64,000 bases of DNA, from NCBI GenBank assembly GCA_051294375.1, contig CM119270.1:20668417-20732416 (forward strand), in the 5' to 3' direction. A program made the translations under genes and the position numbers. The notes under the pieces were generated by a model, which ran no database searches, was not told the DNA's origin, and was given only the letters and a program-made list of their open reading frames with translations. Shown here in pieces: positions 53,841 through 64,000 of the stretch (positions within the stretch are counted from its first letter, which is position 1; the number at the start of each line of letters is the position of its first letter). Source of the stretch: Paraspadella gotoi. Taxonomy: Eukaryota; Animalia; Chaetognatha.

Positions 53841-54511
53841 TATATTATTTTTTTTCTATTACAATTCTTATGAATAAATATGAATAAGAACTTTTTTAAA
53901 AAATTATCATCTTTCACCCTATATTCAGTCATATCAAAAAAACAAAAAAGATTTTGCATTGATATTTTGATATCAGCATATGAAACTATAACGTTTCAAA
54001 AAATAAAAGAAAATAATAATATTGAACAGTGATTTTATTTTATGCACGGAAACAGTAACATTACGCCTTTTTCATTGTGTCATAACAATAAATACACAAA
54101 AATTATCAACAAAAAATCGTATTAAAATTGTTTTAATAAAAAGATGAACATTGGATGAATGTGTTTTTTATTGTATCAGAAAAAATGCATTTTAAGTAAA
54201 AGTAAAAAATCTAACTGCACTAAGTACCATCATTTACAAGTAACAAAATCTTTCGGCTCTATTCTCAGAAAACGTTTATTTTTCTTTCCCCAACTCTGAA
54301 TTTAATCTAATTTAAATAAAAACAAACTAAAAACCAAATCCTTCACTATAATTCTTATCCCCCATCACTGACTTAAAATACCCTGATCCCTAACCCCTTA
54401 ACTTACTTACCCTGATCCCTAACCCCTTAATTAATAATTAAGAGAAAACATTACCGGGATTTCGCAAATGACACAGTTTTTTCTCTTAATCACAAAATAT
54501 TCTCTCACACC

Positions 54512-54701
54512 TCACAATGTGCACTGAAACTGCGTGATGATGCCGCTCCGCTTTTCCTCCCCTCCAGTATACGAGTCATCCGAGTGAATTCCCGATGATT
54601 CACTTCCAGATCGAATCACGTTTTCACAATTCTTCTTTTTCACCAACCAAGGTTCTATTGATTGAATATCGGCCATGGGAATGCGGTCGTCGTCAGCGAA
54701 A

Positions 54702-54735
<34 letters not shown>

Positions 54736-55563
54736 TCTCTGAATCGGGAAACGGAATCTTGCGATCCGTGGGCGAAGAAAGTCCGTCGTTCGCGTCTGTG
54801 TCATTGTTCCCTACTTTGTTCGTCTCTTCGTTCGTTTCTTCGTTCGCAGCTTCGTTTTCCTTTTTTGGTTCCACTTTGTTTTTTACGTCAATATATTTTT
54901 CTTTCTTTATTTTCTCTCTATCGTCTTTTTTATCCTTGGATAATTTGGTTTCAACAATTATTTTCTCATCGTTGACATCAGCGCCGCCGCCGCCGCCGCC
55001 GCCACTTCTTTTAACTTCCGACGCCAGCAGAGTGTCGTATGTCGCACTCCCAGCGTGACCCGGTGTTTTTTCAGCGCCTCCAATTTGAGCGTAGTCTAGT
55101 GGCGCTTTCGATGCTGGTTCCATTGGCGTTGAAACGTAGATGGCGTAGCTCCGATTGTTGAAAAGGGTCGTCATCTCCACGGAATTTGTTACATCTGACG
55201 GCATTACATCCGGGGCCCCCACTAATCCGGGCGACGCCTCCAACCTCCCGTCAGAGTTGAGTCTCAGATACTCGGAGATTCCCGTCGACTCTAGGATCTC
55301 CGCCCGACGTCGCAGGTAAGGTCGGTTAAGGTCTATGTAAAACTGGCGCATGTGTTCCTCGATGCGGTCGCCGAGTCGACGAACGATTTGGGGGAAGGTG
55401 GGTCGATCTTCCGGCTCCGTGCTGCAGCAGGAAGACATGAGAGCGAAGACCGCGTCGTCAGCTGCGGCGGGACGCGGCATCCGCTTCCCACCGCGGAGTC
55501 CGGCGACGAAGGATTCAAAGGTGTGCCGATTGACGAGCAGTTCTGGGTAAGGTTCGCCGCCTG

Positions 55564-55638
<75 letters not shown>

Positions 55639-56399
55639 AGAAGGGAGAAAGTTCACAGGAGAGAGAAGGAGAAAAGACGTGGATGGAAGAATTAGATAAT
55701 ACGTGGGCGGAATCCTACAGGGCGGAATCCTACAGGGTGGAATCCTACAGGGGGGAATCCTACAGGGTGGAATCCCAAGTCGGCAAAATCTTACGTGGGC
55801 GGAATCCTACAGGGTGGAATCCCAAGTGGGCGAAATCTTACATGGGCGGTATACTATGGGTGCAATTGTATGTGGGCGCAATGCTACGTAAATGAAATCC
55901 TAGGGGCGCAATTTTATGGGCCCAATAATACGTGGGCACAATTTTGCGACCACCGCAGAATCATAGTAAAAATCATCACATCACATCACAAACATTTCAA
56001 AGAACATGCATTTGACTTTTTCCATCTTGAAACACAATGCTCTCTAATCATCCTCTCTCCACAAATGCCTCAGCCCAACCTCAATCCTTACCCCAACCCC
56101 AATCCTTACCCAAACCCCAATCCTAACCCCAACCCCAATCCTCACCCCAACCCCAATCCTCACCCAAAGTGAAAATCTCCCACATGACGACGCCGAAAGA
56201 CCAGACGTCGGTGGCGGCGCCGAATTCCCGGCGGGTCAACGATTCCGGCGCCATCCACTTGACAGGAAGCGGCGTCGTTTCTTTTCGGAAATAATCGGCG
56301 TCTTTTGCGAAATCTTTGGCTAAACCGAAGTCGCAAATCTTGAGGACGTTTTGTCGGGAGACGAGAACGTTGCGAGCAGCGAGGTCGCGATGGATAACC

Positions 56400-56464
<65 letters not shown>

Positions 56465-59400
56465 GAATATATAAATAGATTGATGAACTAATTAATTAAT
56501 GAATTAAATAGTGAAATTGTTAATTAATTGATCAATAAAAGTACATTTTAAATTTAGTGCATTTATTGTTCGATTAGTTGATTAATTAAAAAAAATAAAC
56601 ATTATAGATAAATATCTCACCTTCATGGAAGCCAGATATTCCATCCCTTGCGCGATCTGAAAAGAGAAGCAGACGAGATCTTTGACCGTCAGAGGGCGAT
56701 CGTCTTCGTCCTCGTTGTTGTTGTTGTTGTAGAGATGTCGCGTTGCCATGGGAACGACGTCATCGGTCAAACGAAACGAACTTTTGTTACGCTGTAATGA
56801 AAAGTTAATTAAAAGAGATGGTTGGTAAATACCAAATTATATATTTTTTGGCCGGATTGGCTTATTGCAGAATCCGAGCTGAATGATTCACTTTGTCGGT
56901 CTGTCGGTTGCCCCCCATTATTTGGTCGGTCAATCACTTGTATCATCCTAAAACATTGATTAATAAAAAAATATGCAACAAAAAAATTATGTCCGTCCGT
57001 CAGTCAGTCAGTCAGACAGTCAGTCAGTCAGTCCGTTTATGCGTCATTATATATGATTAATTAGATAATTAATAAATAATAATAATTAATTTCTATAATT
57101 AATTAGTCTAATCCATTAATTTATTAATGAATAAGTTATTTAATCATCTGATCAGCGGCCTAATGTTTCTTACCGCTTACCGTTATTAATTGATTAAGTA
57201 ATCAATATATTAATTAAATAATTATTTAATAAAATATTTATTTAATAAGTTAATTATTCAATTAATCATCTGATTAGCTGCTCACCGCTAGATTACCGCG
57301 AGCAGATCCGGCATCGTTTCCTAAAACTTGTTATCTATTCATTCTCAAATTACTTTATTATTAACTAATATATTCATTCCATTTAATAATTTATTAATTT
57401 CTTTATTCACTTTTACATTCTTACATTCATACATAAAAGGATCTATGATTAATCATAATTTATGACATGACTTATGACATAAGGGAGAGATGAGCAGCTG
57501 CCGATCAGAGAAGACAAAAGGTCGAAATCTCGGGGAAGAAAATAATACTTCATCTCGACGACAGATGTCGCCCTTATTATTAACAGACAAAAGGTCATCG
57601 AAATCGAGGCAATCGATTTCGATCGGTAAAGATCGTCCGCAGTCAGCTGCTGCGACTCGGCATCAGAGCCGCTGCGACGCCGCAAAGGTGCAGCCGTTGA
57701 TGTAAGCGTTAATAGTGAGGGTGATGATATTGTTTTTTTGCCATATCACCAGGTAGAGACGTTATTAAGTTGACAGCACGTCACACTGTGATGTCTTAAC
57801 AGTCATCAGAAAATTGTATTAGAATTCACAATAATTAGAAATACTTCTCATCAGACATAGAGTTAGATATTTTAGCTCCCATTCCTCTCATCTATGTCTT
57901 GTCTCAGATTAAAAATTAATAAGTGGGGTGACCGATTTTTGAATTATTGCATTATGCTAGCTCCATTTTTTTTTTAAAAATGAGCATTTTTTTTTTAAAC
58001 TTTAAACTTTTCTTTTATGTATATTTATTTCTCCTGTATGGTATTTATTTTAGTTTGCATCAGCATTATTAACTTGATTTTATTAAAAATTACTCTATTT
58101 AATATATCATTTCAACATTTTCATAATACCATTCATTTCTAATGACCCAACCTGCAAAAAGTTCTTGAGATTTCCCTTCTCAGCAAACTCGACCAAGAGA
58201 AAGAGTTCCCCTCTCTTTCTCATGTGAGTCGTGATCGCTTTGCGGAGGCCAATCACATTCACGTGACATCCCACGTAGATCATCATCTTAAGTTCGGAGA
58301 GAAGAGCTGTGATTTGGGTCACGTCGAATCTGGAGGGTGGCGAGAGTCAGAGCAAAGATGAGAAAGTGTAAGAACAAAGATGAGGAAGGGTAAGGGCAAA
58401 GATGAGGCAGGGTAAGGGAAAAAATGAGGAAGGGTAATGGCAAAGATGAAGAAAAGTAATTGCAAAGCTTGCAAATGTTAGAACAAAGACGTAGAATGGT
58501 AAGGGCAAAGACATGGACAGGTAAGAGCAAAGACACGAAAGGTGAATAGGAAGGGCGACAACTATGAAAAGATTTGAATAAGTAAATTTTATTTGAGATG
58601 AGATTCATATTGTCATTTTGTCATATTTTTGGCGTATTCATGCCTTAATTATAATTATTAATTATTATTAATTAATTATTAATAATTATTAATTATTATT
58701 AATATTAATTATTCATGCCGACACCATCAGACCAGTGTGGCCGTGTGGGGATTGAATCCAGCTGTCCAAGCCAAAGGGACGAGCTGAGTTTCATCTAGCT
58801 TTACGGGAGGGGAATTTAAGATTCGCAACAATAGACAGTTTATTATGGAATTATTAATATTATTATTATTTTAATAATTTTATTTTATTATAATTATTAT
58901 TCAGAATAATTACTTAACTTTCCTGACCTTTAACTTACCCACCCATTAATTAATTTTCCTATCCCCCCACACCCCCTTCTACCTGTTCTTAACCATCTTC
59001 ACCGCCACGACACTGTCCCTCCCCCCCGCTCCATCCGCCAACCCCTTCGCCACTCCTCTGACCACTCTCCCGAACGCTCCCTGCCCCAACGTCTCCCCCA
59101 GCTCCAGCCGATCCCTCGACCACTCCCACAAGTCCTCGTCGTAGGCCAACGTGTCGAGCTGCTCCACCCAGGGGAGTCGGGGATCGTATCGTTCCGCGTC
59201 GAATTCGCGGGAGAGGAGCGGAATTTTGCTCCTCTTCCTTCGAACGAGGAGGAAGTGAGCGACGACGACGACTATGAGGACGACGAGAAGGACAGCGACG
59301 ACGACGACGACTATCTTGGTGTCAGCGTCGACGACGACGACGCCGCGTGGATTCGGGCGGCGTCCCGGCGTCAAAGTGCCCTCGAGACGGCGTCGCTGTC

Positions 59401-60087
59401 GGGGCGCGGCTTGGTCCCACGGCAGCGCGACGCATTTGTAGGCGAGGGGCGTCGCTGAAGACGCGTTGGAGAGGACGATGACGGAGTGGACGACGTTGAC
59501 GAGAGCGTTATTGGGGGTGTTGTTGTTGTTGTTGTTGTTTTTAATTACCGCATTATTTTCCTCATTAACGATGTTTTCTTCGTGGTCGCATTCAATCGAC
59601 GCTGACGAAGAGTTGGTCTCTGCCTTTAAGCACACCTTCCTGTACATCCAGGAATTGGCGCGACAATCGATCCTAAAGGAATCTCCTTTATAGATTTGAA
59701 ATGTTGTCGTTGTTGTTGTCGTTGTTGTTGTCGTTTCGTGGACGTCGACGTCGCCATCCAACGCCATCTCCATTTCCCTCGTCGACGTCATCCTTATCGT
59801 CGCTCGACTCGTCGCGTTTCCGGCAACATTCTCGGCAAAACAAACGACGACGCCGGACGAAAGACCAGACGGGAGCCGGATCTTGTTGGCGGCGCCGGTT
59901 GAATGGGAGGCAGAAGTGCCGGGACCGAGAGAGAGGAATCGGGTGGAGGAGTTCGCGGCTGAGGAGGGGAGACCATCCGGCAAGGTGGCCAGGCGATCTG
60001 GCAAGGCGGGAAGGCGATCAGCGTGGCAAGATGGCATGGCGTCGATGCATGGAATCCAAAACCAGCCGATGACAGGTGGAGGATCGC
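54512..60087 (-). CDS. VEGFR/PVR-like receptor tyrosine kinase, 3' portion (5' exons not identified in window)
   Basis: Exons with GT-AG boundaries and matching phases: 60087-58983, 58329-58152, 56791-56621, 56398-56164, 55560-54512. Translation: Ig motifs [23 protein letters not shown] and [44 protein letters not shown], juxtamembrane [77 protein letters not shown]. Split kinase domain with short insert. Confidence 0.95.
55702..55850. repeat. 15-bp tandem repeat GGAATCCTACAGGGY in RTK intron
   Basis: Several copies visible directly. Confidence 0.85.
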
Positions 60088-60590
60088 CTGGATTTTATAC
60101 GTGTGTGTAGGATGGGGGGAAGATGGAAAAAATTAGTTAAGAAGCGGTTAGATGGTCAAATGATTGTTATTAAAGGAATATGTTTATTTGTTTTTTTGAT
60201 GAGCTATCTAAAATTGCTATGGCCAAAATAGGTTTGAAAAAAATTATTAAATTATTAAATTAAAAATGTTTCTCCTCCTCTTTCTCTTCCTCCTCCTTCT
60301 CCCCGTTATTTTTAATTATTTATCTTCTTCCTTCTACTCTTCCTCCTGTATTTCTTCCAGAGTTTCTTTTCTCCTCCTCCTCCTTCTTCCTTCACCTTGT
60401 CCTTATTCTCTCAACCATCATTATTTTTATATTTTATGTTACTTGTTTCATATTTTATATTAATATTTCAAAGACTATAAATGAGATAATACAGAGAGCG
60501 TTGTAATGAGCTTTTGAATGATTGTAACATTTGGTCATTATAAACTTTTTACATTTTCTTGCAGAAACAAAATTTAAATTCTTCCCCAAG

Positions 60591-61249
60591 ATGTCACTGC
60601 TGTCAACAGTCATTTCTATCGGTCTCAACACAGCGGACGTGTTGACAGACTTGCAAATGATTAAATTCAAACTAAATTCCAAGAGCGATCACCAACACAT
60701 CATTGGTTTGGCTCTCATCGCCATTTTTATCCTTCACTCCTTTGTGTCGACGATTCACGGAGTGAGTTTTTTGCTTCGCCACCAAATCCACTTTCCTCGT
60801 TTGACAAGGAACGTAAAACATTGGATACTGACTAGCGGACTTATGATGATTGGTTTGGGCACGGAACTTGTCAATGTAGATCTCTATCTGGACATTAGGT
60901 AGGTGTGTTTTATTTAGTTTCTCTCCAGTGGAAATTATTCAATTAAAGTTAAAAAATCCATAATAATAATACAAATTTCGAATATTTTTTTAAAGTTAAA
61001 AACAGTAAAAACGTATTGTTCAAATACAATTTTTTTTATTTGCTATCTATTAACCCAAAAAGTTTTTAGCATAAAAAAATTCATTCTTTCTATTTCGACT
61101 TCAGATCTAATGAATCAATTGAATCCATTAAACTGAAAAATGAGCTTTTGTTCAAACTTAATCTTGTACATGTTTTTGTGGAATCTTATCTCCAATTATT
61201 GGTTCAGACGACAGCGACAGTGATGGAGTGGACATCGGACACAGATGAG
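60591..61249 (+). CDS. Second XK-related paralog, exons 1-2, antisense within an intron of the RTK gene
   Basis: Exons 60591-60898 and 61105-61249 have the same lengths, phases and splice sites as 47954-48261 and 48461-48605; open frame, many third-position changes; no exon 3 found before the window end. Confidence 0.75.
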
Positions 61250-61274
61250 GTTGTACGGCTCAAACTCTCAAGTA

Positions 61275-61888
61275 AGGCGTAGTGAATAGTTAACATATAC
61301 GACGAATTCTAAAAGTCAATTATGAACAACATACCATCAGTGAACATTAATTTGTAAAAAAAATTAATTTTATGTTTTTAATTTTCGCAGTAGGCTATAT
61401 TATTATATAAGTACTATCCTTATAAAATCGAAAAACTTAAAATAGGCTTTTCTTAATTTTGATTGCAGATTTGAATCCTCGTCAAAAGTTGATCGAAGAA
61501 AATATAAATCATTTTTAAAAAATTCTTTCATTAAGTGGGTTAAAAATTAAAAAAACTATATTTAATATATAAAAAGTTAATTTTCAGCTTAAAATATAGT
61601 TTTTTTTAATTTTTGACCCACTTAATGAAGGAATTTTTCAAAAAGAGTTATATTTCTTATTTATCAACTTTTTATGACGAATCCAAATCTGCAAAAAAAT
61701 CTGTAGAAAAAACTGTTTTGAATTTTAAACATTTATTGGTTTAGTACTAGTATAAATATGGCCTACTGCGTAAATTGTAAAATTTATTATAAATTTTTTT
61801 ATTATATAAATGTTCATTAATATAATGTTGTTCGTTCCTTACTTTTAGAATTTTAATTAAAGTTAAATTTAAAAATTTTACTACGCCT
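61275..61888. mobile_element. Fold-back MITE (~614 bp), uninterrupted copy in XK intron 2
   Basis: TA|AGGCGTAGT..ACTACGCCT|TA; arms pair over most of the length (e.g. CGCAGTAGGC/GCCTACTGCG, CATTAAGTGGG/CCCACTTAATG). Confidence 0.85.
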
Positions 61889-62439
61889 TACTCTCAAGGG
61901 ATAAGCTTCTCTTGTTAAACATTAAACCTGAAACATGTTTACCCTAATAACAAACCAAGTCTCTAACCATAATCACTAACCTATTCACTAAACTAATTCG
62001 TATCATTAACCACTAACTTAAACTTTAATTAAACAAGTTTGAGCAAACAATGTCGGATCTGCCTACGATAATTAAATAATTAATTAATTAATCGATTAAT
62101 TAATTAATTAATTAATTTTAATATGTAATAATTAATTTTAAATTTTAATATCAACTTATCATCATCGATGTCCTTAAAATTGGGTTAGGACAGTTATTAA
62201 ATATGTTTGTTTACATTTATCAAAACAAACAAATATCCTCTATTTTTATTTTATGTCTCCTTCTCTCTCTCTCCTCTCACTCACTCTCTCTCTCTCTTCT
62301 CTCTCTCTCTCTGTTTCTGCAATTGCGACGATCTTTATGCTTTTCAGATTTTTTTTAACTTGCATCATTTTTTCACATTAATTAATTAATTAATTCATTA
62401 TTAATTAAAACATTTATTAGTAATCATTAATATTAAAGA

Positions 62440-62835
62440 TTCAAGTAAATGTGACTTATGTTTTTTCCATCTAAACTCATTTCCCCTGGCACAATTCCGT
62501 CAATACTTTATATATATTATATATTAATAAATATTTAAAAGCTTCAGTGCAACAACCCAATGAACTAATTCAAAAAGTTATATTGAAAATCGATTTAGTA
62601 GTAAAGGAAAAAAACATTTAAAGAGAACTCGAAGTTAAAAAAGTGTTCAATTTGGCCCGCCTTACTAGATATTAGGCCTTACTAGATATATTGCATGTGA
62701 TTAAACAATGTTATCGGAATAATAATTATCAATTTTATGTATTTTGTAAGTATTTTAAGTATTTTTATTCAGTGAGTAAAATAACAACTTTTTTATTCGC
62801 TAATTTTTATCTCGGACTCTCTCTCTTTCTATCTT

Positions 62836-62889
<54 letters not shown>

Positions 62890-62921
62890 AAATTGCGACG
62901 ATCCTTATGCTCATTTTACTG

Positions 62922-62966
<45 letters not shown>

Positions 62967-63790
62967 TTTTGCAATTGCGACGATCCTTATGCTTTTAGGA
63001 TTTTTTTAACTTGTATCATTTTTCTGCTTCAAGTAAATGTGACTTATTTTTTTTTTCATTTAAACTCATTTCCACTGGCACAATTCCGTCAAAACTTTAT
63101 ATCTAGCTTTTTCACACACTTTCCTTCCCGCTCACAAAATTTCATCTCAATCTATATGGGTTAAAATAAGTAAAAAGATTCAAGTAAATGTGACTCATAT
63201 TTTTTCATTTAAACTCATTTCCACTCGTACGTTTCCACCGAAACTTTATATCAAGCATCGATACACATTTTTCTACCCACACAAAAAATTTGAACTCAAT
63301 CTATCCATCCAATTATGATTAATTAGAGTACTTATTGGTTAAAATAAGTAAAAAGATTTTAGTAAATGCGACTTATGTTTTTTCCACTTAAACTCATTTC
63401 CACTCACTCACACGAATCCGTCGAAACTTTATATCCAGCTTTATCACACACTTTCCTACCCCACACACAAAATTTCATTTCAATCCAACCAGCCAATCAC
63501 GAGTTATTGGAGCTTTTTGCTAAGGTGGGACGGATGGACGGATTGATTGACTGATTAATTAATTATTGATTAATTAATTGACTAATTGATTAATTAACTT
63601 ATTAATTATTTGACTTATTAATACATCCTGCCTATACATTTAATATAAAAGGAAAAAGAAGCATAATCAATTAGTGAAACAGGTTTTTTTGTTTTTCCAT
63701 TTAAACTCATTTCCACTCAAAAGATTCCATCGAAACTTGGTTTCCTGTTCAATCACAACACACTTTTCTACTCACATACAAAATTCCAGG
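62440..63790. repeat. Degenerate ~150-180-bp repeat
   Basis: AAGTAAATGTGACTTAT..TAAACTCATTTCCACT recurs near 62442, 63030, 63181, 63361 and 63695. Confidence 0.8.
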
Positions 63791-63819
63791 TCAATCGATA
63801 ATTAAGTGGTAATAAGCTA

Positions 63820-64000
63820 TCTTGGTCAACTTGCATAATTTAATCAACTTGCATAATTTGGTCAACTGACATAATTTGGTCTACTGACATAATTTGGTCA
63901 ACTGACCTAATTTGGTCAACTGACATAATTTGATCAATTAAGATAATTTGGTCAACCGGCATAATTTGGTTAACTGGCATAATTTATAAACTAGCCTAAT
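63820..64000. repeat. 18-bp tandem repeat CATAATTTGGTCAACTGA
   Basis: About 10 copies running to the window end. Confidence 0.9.

Noticed and set aside
56070-56165. CCCCAA/CCTAA hexamer run as telomere or NP-repeat protein
   Set aside because: Short degenerate intronic repeat adjacent to an RTK donor site.

Overview
AT-rich, microsatellite-dense animal (probably invertebrate) genomic DNA from a draft assembly; nearly all entries in the ORF track are low-complexity noise. Spliced genes that can be assembled by hand: an LHFPL6-like tetraspan gene (minus, ~23.9-28.1 kb), an ~815-aa XK-related multi-pass membrane protein (plus, 47954-51392), the 3' part of a VEGFR/PVR-type receptor tyrosine kinase (minus, 54512-60087), and two intact exons of a second XK paralog lying antisense inside an intron of that kinase. 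A duplicated block (46.3-48.6 kb vs 59.7-61.3 kb) carried the XK gene out together with a now-dead kinase exon. Mobile DNA: a ~655-bp TRIM-like miniature LTR element (PBS, PPT, 4-bp TSD) nested in a fold-back MITE, a Penelope-like GIY-YIG fragment, a 3-kb CAC..GTG element with long TIRs, and short elements with telomere-like interiors. The first ~23 kb is largely noisy, duplicated long-read gap-fill separated by 25-N gaps. Other leads: a candidate RFamide neuropeptide exon, clusters of nuclear-receptor, CCAAT and E-box motifs.
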